Both the position numbers and the translations under genes were made by a program. From the NCBI RefSeq assembly GCF_963921235.1, contig NC_086109.1, positions 36,644,001-36,708,000 of the forward strand: a stretch of DNA of 64,000 nt. The letters are read 5' to 3'. Every line of letters begins with the position of its first letter. Position 1 is the stretch's first letter. Positions 36,651-48,253 of the stretch are shown here, in pieces. The stretch is from Mobula hypostoma. Its lineage: Eukaryota. The notes beneath the pieces are model-generated. The model was not told the DNA's origin and searched no databases. It saw nothing but the letters and a program-made list of their open reading frames with translations.

Positions 36651-39199
36651 AAAGAAATTCAACCTGTTCAATATTTTGAATTGGTTATGGAGTCTTGTGT
36701 TATGGAGTCCAAGCCAATATTTTAATACATTTGAATTAATAAACTCATGAGCATTTCTTTGTGATTTAGTTTGTAAAATGATTTCTTAATGCAAAACTTT
36801 TTTTTAAAAATCCATCTTGAAAGAGAGGTGTAAAATTTCCCTTTTAAATAATACTTTATATGTAACCAATGAAGCCACATGTATAACAGACTTAAATTGT
36901 TTATAGATGAATCCAAATGATATTTTTTTCATGTCAATTTCCATTGTCACTCATGTTATGTGCCCAGCATGGCTGAACTTAAATAGCTGAACTCTTTGGA
37001 AGAACACTGGCACTCTCATTTCTGAGATTTGGCCATATGGTTGCAAAATGTTGTAATATTGATGATAAAATTTATATCTTTCTTGTCATTTATGAGTAGA
37101 TTGAACCAAGAAATGCAGAAAAGATCCCTGCAGAGCTCTATAATTGCCATTTCTCTTAGACAGAGCCTTCTCAATTTATCATCGCCCACTGCTTTCTCTT
37201 GCTGAGCCAATTTTTAATCGAGCCAAGTAATTTATCACTAATAAAATCAGTCTCAAAATCCTTCAAGAACTTCAGAGCTCTTTATCTATTTCATGCATAA
37301 CCAAATAAAAGACACTTGGCTCATTAATTTTCTCTAGAATTCAATCCGTTTTTGTGTGCATTTAAACTCACACAAATTGATGTTGAGTTTTCTTCACTTA
37401 TTATTGTTTGGACTTTGTAATTTTAGGATGTGCTGTATTGCATCATTGTCCATTGGAATTGGCCTTCTTTCTGTGATTTTTTTTTAAATATATAGAATTC
37501 TGAAAAATGGAAACCTGGATTTTCTTATCAGTCTAGGCTACTGACCAGATTGGTAAAAGTTATGATCAGTCAATGGAAAAGATAAACTTCAGAGAAATTC
37601 ACTTCTATTTGTGCATAATATTTTTTATAGTATTGAGGATCTATCTATTAGCATTTCAAGACTACTAGTTTCTCTTTGCAAAATAACTGGAGAACCTAAT
37701 AACTGTTCTAGACTTGTGGGGAAAACATGGTTCATAACTCAGTATGTCTATTTTTCTTCCCAAGTATTTCAGATGAATGTTACTCTCTGTGTCTATAGTA
37801 CATAACATAGTCATTCCATCTTCTGAGAGGCTGGCTTGCAGGTAAATTCCAGATCTTGCCAGATTTGTGAACTGAATTTTGTACCAGTGAATAGCAAACA
37901 ACTCTCAGTGTTATATACATCAAATCCCTATGAATAATCACAAGAGGTTATAGAGAATACAGCTCATAGCCCAGTCCATCACAGGCACTGCCCTTCCCAC
38001 TTTTGATGGCATCTACAGGGCATACCAGCTCAAGGTGGTGGCATCAATCATCAGATATCTCAAAACATTTAGGTCATGCCCTCTTCTCGCTGCTACCACT
38101 AGGCAAGGAGTACAGTCCTACACCACCACATTGAGGAAATTACTTTCCTACAAACATCACGTTCTTGAACCTACCTGTACAACCCAACCCTACCTACAGA
38201 CCACCTCTTTCACTACCATAGACTTTTCTTTGATTGTGTCTTTGTTTTTTCTTTGCATAATTTATGAATATTTGAGATTATGTGTGTTATCCAGAGGGCA
38301 GTGAATCTGTGGAATTCATTGCCACAGATGGCTCCGGAGGCCAAAACATTGGGTATATTTAAGGTGGAGTTTGATAGGTTCTTGGTTAAGCAGGGGATCA
38401 AATGTTAAGGGAAGAAAGCAGGAGAATGGGTCAAGATCTTTTCATCAGTGCAGTGGCTGGAGCCATTTTGGAGGTGGTGTGTTGCTGTATGTCAGCAAGA
38501 AAGTGCTGAGATGCTGCTTGAGGGCTCCACTTCCCGCTGAAGTCTGAAGGGCTTGTTTTATTGTTTGTAAAAATCATTCAGCAAGGCCATTGGTGGCTGG
38601 CTGATATGGTGCTGACTTGATGTGCTGAATACTCTTTGCTTCCATAAATGTCTTGAACTCTTTAGACATGAGTTTATGGGCCATTATCACTTCCAAGCTG
38701 GTGAGGAAACCCAAAATGGCTCAAGATGGAACATAGCTTCTCAAAGCATTCTTCTGATGTAGTACTCTTCATGTTGGCAACCTTAGGCCATTTTCTGTGG
38801 TGCATCCACAACGACCAAGAACCTAGTTAATGAGAGAAGTGAGAGGAGAATGGTCAGACTGTTTCAAGCTGACAGGCAGGTGTCAGTAACTCAAGTGACA
38901 ACAGTGGTGTGCCAAAGAGCATCTCTGAACGCACATATGTCGAAACTTAAAGTGGATAGTGGAAGACCACGAGCATACAATAGGTACAGGAGACGCAAAA
39001 TAAAGCAGCCTCTGAGTATATCTTAAATTGGAAGGCTAAAGATGTGCAATGTTTGATCGAATGGGTAAAAAGTATTCCTTTCTAGTGGAAGACATTCACA
39101 AACTGACTAGGCCTAGTCGGAGTTGCACTTCTATTTAATCTGTATTGTTCCAGTAAAAATTCCCCAAGGATTAGTTAGATGTTGGCTGTACTATGAATA

Positions 39200-40660
39200 T
39201 AGAACATAGAAAAGTACAGCACATTAACAGGCCCTTTGGTCCATGATGTTACACCGAACTAATTAGTTATGAGTACATATATCCTCCATACTATGCACAT
39301 TCATATGCCTATCTGAGATCCTGTAAATTGCCTCTGAAATATTTGTCTCCACTGCAGTCCCAGGCAGCACATCCCAGGCATTCCATGCTTAGCATAAAAA
39401 ACATTGTCTCTCACGTCTCCCTTGAACTTCCTCCATCTGACTTTAAATGCATGCCCTCTAGTATAAAACATTTGACCCTAGGAAAAAGGTAACAGCTGTT
39501 TACCCATGTTTCTTATAATCTTATAAGCCTCTATCAGGTCTCCTCTCAGTCTCCAGTATTCCAGAGAAAACAACCCAAGTTTGACCAACCTCTCCTTAGA
39601 GCACATGCTCTCTATTCCAAGCAGCATCCTGGCAAACTTCTTCTGCATCATTTCCAAAACCTCCATATTATTTCTATAATTGGGTGACCAAAGTTGAATG
39701 TAATATTCCAGATCTGGATCTGGATCTGGATCCAGAGCTAGATTTTTTATAAACCTACAACATAACTTCCCAACCCTTGAAATTAATACCTCAACTAATA
39801 AATTCCATATGCCTTCTTTACCACCCACCCGATTAATCTGTGTAGTCAATCTGTTCAGCACCTTGGCATTAATAAGGTTTTTGCATTTGATCCCTCAAAG
39901 ACCAGCCTTTCATATTTGGCCAGAAAAAACTCCATCTGCTATTTCTCCACCGATATCTGCAACTGATCTTCACTCAGTGGGCACTTTATTCGGAACACCT
40001 GCTTGTTAATACAAATATCTCATCAGCCAATCACAACAGCAACTTAATGTGTAAAAGCATGCGTCCATGGTCAAGAGGTTCCATTGTTACTCAGACCAAA
40101 TATTAGAAATGGGAAAAGAATGTGATCTAAGTGACCTTGACCATGGAGTGATTGTTTGTGGCAGACGGAGTGGTTTGGTTATCTCAGAAACTACTGATCT
40201 CCTGGGGTCCTCATGCACAACAGTCTCCAGAGTTTACAAAGAATGGTACGAAAACAAACATCCCGTAAGTGTCAGTTCAATTAGTGGATGCACCTTGTTA
40301 ATGAGAGCGGATAGAGGACAATTTCCAGATTGGTTCAGGGAAGGCGACAGTAACTCCAGTAGCTACACATTACAACAGTGGTGTGCAGAAGATCATCTCT
40401 GATTGCACATTACATCAAAACCTGAAGTGCATGGGCTACAGCAGCAGAAGACCATGAACAAATTAAGTAAAGGAGGTAAATAATAAAGTGGCCATAAGTG
40501 TTAATCCCACTTCATTATTTGCCAGTCTTCTACACTATCCGCAACCTACATGACAAATGGAAGAGGTCCCAGTATGGATACCTGTAGAACATCACTACTC
40601 ACAGACGTCCAGCAAGAATAAGCCCCATCAACCACTATCCTTCTGAATTCAAATGTACAT
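39200..40660 (-). mobile_element. CR1 3' fragment interrupted by a Tc1-like element
   Basis: ORF 39478-39861 LEYYIQLWSP..LRGDLIEAYKII; tail atagaacatagaa at 39199-39211. Confidence 0.8.
39971..40500 (+). mobile_element. Non-autonomous Tc1-like element
   Basis: TIRs cactcagtgggcactttatt / aataaagtggccataagtg; HTH-like remnant MGKECDLSDLDHGVIV..ISETTDLLG..TTVSRVYKEW. Confidence 0.8.
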
Positions 40661-41171
40661 GTTACCTTACACACGATTGTTTTGTTCAAAAGCTGGATTC
40701 AGATCACCTTAGAATCATACAGCACAGAAGTAAGTCCTGCCCTCCACCATGTCCATACTGGCTGGCTCCCCATCCTATTCTCACTTCTCAGTACTTGATC
40801 CATAACCTTCTAGCCATAGCAGTTCACGGGCTGTTAAAAGTTCCCACTGTGGATATAGACCATCCAATTAGCAAATCACAAGCTGTGGGGTTGATGGGGC
40901 TAAGAATTAGGGCATTGTGGCGGCTCACCCACGCGGCAAGCGAACTGGCTCCAGCAGTCGCAGGTGAGTCCGCAGCCAGCGGCAATCAAAAGGGTTCTGA
41001 ATGCAGAGCAGATCTCAGCCCGGAAGCCATCGTCACTTCTGCCCCGCAAAGTGCGGAGGATGCCGGGACCAGGCACTTAAGCACGCGCGTATTGAAACGG
41101 TAAACAGTTCAACCAGACCCTGCTCGACTCAATGTGTTGTTTTCACTCGTTGCGCATCAGCGCAACTACAT

Positions 41172-41185
41172 TGGTGACCCTGACG
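41172..41185 (+). promoter_or_regulatory. Primer-binding site complementary to the tRNA-Trp 3' end
   Basis: tggtgaccctgacg versus expected tggtgaccccgacg, 1 nt after the 5' LTR. Confidence 0.85.
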
Positions 41186-41869
41186 GTCCAACGGCATTTA
41201 GACCCAACATGAACGACTCGGCTCTGCAGAATGCAGTTTCCCTTAAACTGCCAACCTTCTGGACCACTCCACCCCTGGTCTGGTTCGAGCAAGCAGAGGC
41301 CCAGTTCCAGGTCAGGCAAATTGTCTCAGACACCACCAGGTATTACTACGTGGTGGACGCCCTCAACCAGGAGACAGCGGGCCGTGTTATCAACTTTCTA
41401 CATCAGCCCCCGGCAACAGACAGGTACGAGGCACTCAAGACCCTGTTAATCCGCACATTTGACCGCTCCCGCCGCGAATGGGCCGCGTGGTTACTGCATA
41501 TCGACGGCCTGGCCGACCGCACGCCGTCAGCCCTGATGAGCAACATGCTAGCGCTGGCAGATGACCATAAGCCTTGCCTGCTTTTTGAACAGATCTTCTT
41601 GGAGCAAATGCCAGAAGACATCCGCCTTCTGCTAGCAGATGAAGACTTCAGAGACCCGCGCAGGACGTGCTTTGGCGCACCAAACAAAATGGCGGAACCA
41701 CCATCGAAATTAGTGCTGTTGTACGGCCGAAAGTCCAGCCCTCCCTCACCCCAGCAGCGGAGCACGTAACACCCACACCAAGGGACGGCACGACTTCGGA
41801 GTCTTGGTGTTTTTATCATCAAAGGTGGGGTTCTGGGATCCGCCACAGCCGACCACCATGCTCGTTGCA

Positions 41870-41927
41870 GGGAAACACCAGGACCAGCCGTCGCTGATGG
41901 CTACGGTGGCTGGTCACCGTGATAGCC
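41870..41927 (+). promoter_or_regulatory. -1 programmed ribosomal frameshift signal (slippery heptamer plus predicted pseudoknot)
   Basis: G GGA AAC in the gag frame, 5-nt spacer, stem 41882-41893/41904-41915, loop ggcta complementary to tagcc at 41923-41927; the protease lies in the -1 frame. Confidence 0.8.
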
Positions 41928-44900
41928 TCCTCTATGTCTGGGACAAGCATTCCGGGCATAGATTCCTGGTGGACAGAGGAGCGGAAATCAGCGTCCTACC
42001 CCCCTCGAGCCACGATACCCGAACTAGAAGAACAGGACCGGAACTTACAGCAGCCAGCAGCAGCACCATCCCCACTTACGGCACAAGAACCATCCCCTTG
42101 CAGTTCGGTTCCAGCCCTTACATGGACATTTATGCTGGCCGCAGTATCACAGCCATTGCTCCTCCACGCACACTGCCTGCTAGTGGATTTGAAGGGACGA
42201 TGATTGGTCGATGTGAAGACGTTCCAGACTTTCTCCCTCGGTGAGGCAACGTTACCGGCCCCACACCTGAATTCCGTCACTTATTCCGACAACGAGTTCG
42301 CCAGAGTGTTATCGGAGTTCCCATCTATCATCACGTCGCAGTTTTCCTCAACAGACCCCAAGCAGGTCATGATGCACCACATCCCCACACAGGGACCTCC
42401 CTTCATGCCCGGGCCCGCAGGCTACCGCCTGACAAGCTCCCCCTCGCGAAAGAGGAATTCAAGAAGATGGAAGAGATGGGGACTGTGCGGCATTCCAACA
42501 GCCCGTGGACCTCCCCACTCCATATGGTGCCCAAGTCTGCGGGAGGGTGGAGACCGTGCGGCGACTATAGGAGGCTGAACAATGCAACCATGTCCGATCG
42601 CTATCTAGTACCACACATCTAGGACTTTACAGCCAACCTGCACGGGACGCGCATCTTTTCAAAGATTGACCTGGTCTGAGGGTATCATCAGATCCCAGTC
42701 CACCCGGACGATGTACCCAAGATGGCCCTCATTACCCCCTTTGGCCTGTTCGAGTTCCTCAGGATGCCGTTCAGGCTCAAAAACGCGGTGCAGACGTTCC
42801 AGCGCCTGATGGACACAGTAGGGCGAGATTTGGACTTTCTGTTCATCTAACTGGATCACATACTTATTGCCAGCTGCTCCTGCCAGGAACATCTAGCACA
42901 TTTATGCCTGCTCTGCTGCTGCCTATGTGACTGCGGCCTGGCTATCAACCCCGCCAACTTCCAGTTTGGCCTACCTGGCATCGACTTCTTAGGACACCGG
43001 ATCGACTGCCGTGCCCTGCCGGCAAAAGTTGAAGCCATCCGCCAATTCCTCAGACCCAGCACTGTTAAGGGCCTGAAGCAATTTGTTGGAATGGTTAACT
43101 TTTATCACCGTTTCCTGCCCTCAGCTGCCCAGATCATGTGGCCCCTTTTCGGCTTGATGTCCGGCAAGGTCAAAGAGGTCACCTGGACAGAGGAGGTGAC
43201 AGCGGCTTTTGAACAAGCCAAGAACATACTAGCAAACGCCATGCTCCTGGTCCACCCCTGGGTCGACGTCCCCAATGCCCTCACTGTGGATGCCTCCAAC
43301 GCGGCAGTTGGCAGCGTGCTCGAGCAGCTCATCGAAGGCCAGTGGAAGCCATTGGCTTTTTTCAGCTGTCACCTACGACCCCCAGAACTTAAGTACAGCG
43401 CTTTCGACAGGGAGCTGCTGGCCCTGCACCTTGCTATCCGGCACTTCAGGTATTTCCTGGAAGGGAGAGAGTTCAGACCACAGACCACAGGCCCCTCACT
43501 TTCGCATTTGCCAAAATGTCGGACCCATGGTCAGGCCGCCAGCAACGCCACCTGCTGTAAATCTCGGAGTTTACCACCACGATCAAGCACATCTCTGGGA
43601 AGAACAACGTGGCAGCCGACACGTTGTCACACATCTCCGTCCAATCAGTGCACTCTCTGTCTCCGGGGGGTGGATTATGTGGCGTTAGCTAAGGCGCAAC
43701 AGCTGGACAGCGAGATGCCAGCGTACCGAACCGCAATCTCAGGACTCCGCCTCGAAGACATACCCATTGGGCCAGAAGGTAATGAACTCCTTTGCAATGT
43801 GTCCACCGGGCAACCTCGGCCCATTGTCCCGACTGCTTGGAGGCGTCGCGTTTTTGACGCCTTGCACAGTTTAGCCCACCCTTCCATCTGGGCGACCATC
43901 TGGTTGATTGCAGACAGGTTTGTGTGGCATGGCCTACGCAAGCAGGTCGAGCACTAGACCAGGACGTGCACGCACTCTCAAACCTCCAAAATCCAGAGGT
44001 ACATGAGGGCCCCACTGCAACCCTTCCAGCCAACACATGGGAGGTTTGAACATGTCCACATGGACATTGCTGGCCCCCTGCTGGTTTCGAGAGGAGCGAG
44101 ATACCTGTTCATCCTGCTGGACAGTTTCACGAGGTGGCTGGAAACTGTCCCACTCACTGACATGGCCACGGAGACATGGGTCAGAGCCCTGATTACCACC
44201 TGGGTGGCACGGTTCGGACTCCCAGCCCACGTCACTTCAGACAGGGGTGTGTAGTTCACATCGGCTTTGTGGTCTGCACTGGCACAACTCCTCAGAACCC
44301 AGCTCCACCAAACGACTGCTTACCACCTGCAGTCCAACAGCCTAGTGGAACGTTTCCACAGACATTTGAAGTTAGCCCTGATGGCACGCCTCCGAGGGCC
44401 AGACTGGGTTGACGAACTCCCCTGGGTGCTGCTTGGCATCAGCATGGCACTCAAGGAGGACCTGGCCGCATCATCGGCCGAACTTGATTACGGTGCCCCG
44501 CTCACAGCTCCCAGTGAGTTTGTTCCAGCACCCCGTGGCCAGGAGGACACACTTATGGCGGCCCTAACTAAACTCCGGGAGTGGCTTGGAACACTTGCCC
44601 CAGTCCTGACGTCCCATCACGGAACAGCACCCTCTTTCATGCCCAAGGACCTACAACAGAGCAAATATGTTTTCCTTTGCCGAGACGCGCACAGGGTCAC
44701 CCCTGATGCGACCATACGAAGGACCCTACAAGGTGGTGGGCCATAATGGAACGACCTGTGTTCTCGACATCGGCTGTCATGAAGAGACTTTTACCATTGA
44801 CCATCTCAAACCGATGCATCTAGACCTTGAATGCCGGGTTGCAGTGCCATCCCCACGACGACGAGGCCGGCCACCTAAAAGAACTGACAGTGTGCAGGCT

Positions 44901-47281
44901 GTGGACTCTGCACCTCCTAGCGCCGGTTCTTGGGGGGCGGGGGGGCATGTGGCAGCTCGCCCACGCGACAAGCGAACCGGAGCCAGCAGTTGCAGGCGAC
45001 TCCGCAGCCAGCGGCAACCGAAAGGGCTCTGGGTGCGTGGTTGACCTTGGCCCGAAAGCCGACGTCACTTCCGCCCCGCAAAGAGTGGGGGACGCTGGGA
45101 GTGCATGCACAGATTGAAAACAGTAAACAGTTCAACCAGACCCTGCTCGACTCAGTGTGTTGTTTTCACTCGTTGTGTGTCAGCGTGACTACAGCATTAT
45201 GGCAAGACTTGTGGGATAATGGGTATAAGGGGAGACACCTTTACAAAATACATAAAACTGTTGGATTGATGGGAGAGAGAGGTAAAACAAGAAGGGAAGG
45301 AATTATACTGACTCAACTTAGAACTATGCTTAATTATTTCTTATAGTTTATAGGAAAACATCACCCTGGGGTGTGTAGGTTTTGTCATCATTAAGCCACA
45401 TTGATGCCAACCTTCCCTAGATTTGTCAGGGCATGGTCTGGTTAAAGCATCAAAATCAAAGAGCATGGCTTAACTTGTAACATATGTCAGTTATCTTTAT
45501 AGTGATGGTCTTAATGCCATCCAGCTATGTTGCTAAGGGACACTTTATTAACATTTATGTCAAGCTGGTAAACCCAGCTGTGGTAGCTAGATTTATATTT
45601 TACCGTCTGAGTGCAGGTTGCTTCCATACAGAAAACCAGAAAATGAAGGGGAACTAGAAACTGGTAATGCCACAGTGAGAGTGTATTCTTCTACAGAGAT
45701 GAAGAACAGAAGCAGCACAGCATCCTTATCCCCACCAATCACAGCCTCCCAATGTCCATTTTGATCATATCTTCCATCCATCCCAGTCTTCTCTTCCTTC
45801 ACCGCAATGACTCCCTTTTAAACACTGCCTCTCCCTCCCCTTCCTTCACTGCCAATACTCCTTTTTCCTAAACTGAAGAGATCACCACCAAGCATTCCCT
45901 GCTGGTCTTTTTTTCCCATTCCCATGCAGCCAGCTGCTGGGTAGGAAATGGATTTTAAATATACTGTGAGGGCCTGGTATTGTTAGTCTTAGATATAGGG
46001 ATCAGCTGAGGCTATCTTTTAAGTTCATCCCTTTCAAAGATACCGACCTGTTTTTCACACTCCCTGCAGCTTAACAATCTTTCTTTATCCCCATCCCGAC
46101 TCTATCTTCAACCTGCTTTGTTAACTGTTTCTCTTCTGACGAGTGCAGTCTGAGCTGTTATGTTCCAGCACTATCTGTTGTTATAATAAATTAGTTACTG
46201 CTAGAACAGAACTTCATATTAAAATTAAAAACCTCTTCCAGTGGTTGAGTTCCACATTCTTTACAGGTTTTATAAAATTATTGATTACAAGTTATACAAC
46301 AACTAATGTCAATACACGTTTCCAATGCTCTTCCTACTGGGTTTGCACAGTAAAATGCTTGCAGAGTTGGCATACTTACCCTGTACTACTGTTGCTTGTA
46401 AGCAAACCGCAGTATGTCTGTACAAAACGTAATGTCTTAGCTTCTTTCATGGCTGAACAATATGCTACACTACATTCATCACGGTTTTAAATACAAATTT
46501 AAATGTGGTTTGAGGGTGGTACTTGTGTAACCTGATTTCAAGCATTGTTGTAGTGCCATCCACAAGAAGTGTTCATTGTTTGTGGAGAACAAATATGCCA
46601 TTGCCTTTTCAGGATCCCAACATCGGTGATCTCACCACTGGCACATGAACAATGCTCCTGCCACTTCCCTTTAGCCAGTCACACTACCATAATTCATGGC
46701 GAGGACGGACAGCCAGATACTGTCTTCCAAAAACACTTGTAACCCCACCCACCGCTGTCTTATAGGAGTTACTCGAATGGCATTTTTTTTAGAAACAACA
46801 ATTCAGGCAAAGGCAAGTGGAAGCTAAGCACTGAGAATGTGTACAGAAGTGATAATGTGACAAAATGGCAGCTAACAGAGTCTGATGCCTAAATGCTATT
46901 CCTTACTTTGCTTTGCTGTTTCTGTTTTACTTCACCATGTGAATTCCATTTAAAAAACTGTAAAAGAGGAAAGGTGGGATAGCAATATGAATAGAATAGG
47001 AAATTTATTTTGTTTTATTGACAACAGGTCTCTTCCCGCTACGCAGCAAACTCCTCTGATGGTTACTTCCCACTTATTCATCTTTTGCCCTGTTAGAGAA
47101 CATTTTGAAAGATATTTTTAAATTGCTGTAATTCCTGGATCTGCTGCCTCAGTGACAATTTGATAAGAAATCAAAAGTTATTTGATATATTTTCTCAGTG
47201 AAATTGAAGTGATAAATTAGCAACTTGGCAAGTGCACACAAGTAAAGGCCCAACTGTATTCATTGCTTCTCAAGAAAAGTA

Positions 47282-47669
47282 CAGTACAGTGCTGAAGTCT
47301 CAGTCACCATAATTTTTCATATGGTTTCAGATAGTGTGGCCTCCACAGAGCCCTGATCTCAACATCATCGAGGCTGTCTGAGAGACAGTCAAAGTCTGCA
47401 GAAGATCTGTGGCAATTTCTCCAAGATGCTTCGAATAGCCTACCAGCCGTTTTTCTTATAAAACTGCACGCCAATGTACCTAAGAGAATTGATGCAGTTT
47501 TAAAGGGAAAAAGTAGTCACACTAAACATTGATTTGATTGTTTTGTAACTATGTACTGTTGTCTATAGTAATTTATTAGATACATAGAAACTTCTCATTT
47601 CATTATATTTGAAAGCATCTTTGCTTTACAGATTTTTTTACACGTGCCTCAGACTTTTGCACAGTACTG
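47282..47669 (+). mobile_element. Tc1 internal-deletion derivative
   Basis: TA|cagtacagtgctgaagtc...gacttttgcacagtactg|TA; contains WPPQSPDLNIIE. A related right end lies at about 62540-62630. Confidence 0.85.
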
Positions 47670-48253
47670 TATGTTTTCAGTTTTGATGATAGTGTCAATG
47701 TAATCTCTTGAAAATGTTATCATCATATCTTGATGCATGACTTTTCATGTTTATGAGTACACCCATTAATTTCTGAAAAAATAGCCCATGCAATTTTTTA
47801 AAGGTATGAAATAATAATCTTTAAATATTCTGATAAGTAGAAGTTTAAGAGTTAAATGGTTTTGGAGGGAAATGGATGCAAAAACAAAAAAAATCAGAAT
47901 GCCATTAATTAGTCAATAACTTAGAAAAGCCGACAATCAAATGTAAGAAAATTGAGTTTGGCGTGTGGTACTAAATTTGGCTGCAGCAAACTACCTTACT
48001 GTGTGTTGTATGTTGATTTTCCAATGTGATTCAGCAACAACCTAGATTAGTGAAAGGATTAGCATAGTATATCTGCCCAATTCAATCAATGGCACTAATT
48101 ATATGGGACTCACTTCTAAAATCTAATCACCAAAACAACAGTAAAAATACCAGAATCTCAATTAGTTCCTCAGATCAGATCAAATTCATTCAGATTTATT
48201 CACCTCTTGTACATTGAAACATACAGTGAAATGCGACATTTGGATTACCAACC

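Larger units (their letters stand above)
40916..45193 (+). mobile_element. Full-length CsRn1-type Gypsy LTR retrotransposon, degenerate
   Basis: LTRs 40916-41170 and 44948-45193 (TG..CA), perfect GCAT TSD, PBS, G-rich PPT 44932-44947. Gag VSLKLPTFW..WFEQAEAQF; PR FLVDRGAEISV; RT, RH TVDAS..YSAFDRELLA; IN HVHMDIAGPL, TSDRG, GPY motif and RRRGRPPKR. Confidence 0.97.
40820..45390 (+). mobile_element. I-clade/Nimb-like LINE C-terminal fragment hosting the CsRn1 element (40820-40915 and 45194-45390)
   Basis: Removing the Gypsy gives VDIDHPISKSQAVGLMGLRIRALWQDLWDNGYKGRHLYKI..RREGIILTQLRT..IGKHHPGVCRFC. Confidence 0.55.

Noticed and set aside
39711..39736. DPDPDPD peptide repeat
   Set aside because: Local slippage of a gatctg hexamer inside a dead CR1.
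46600..46745. Possible exon after acceptor-like ttgccttttcag
   Set aside because: Frames close quickly or give no recognisable protein, and no convincing donor or partner exons were found.
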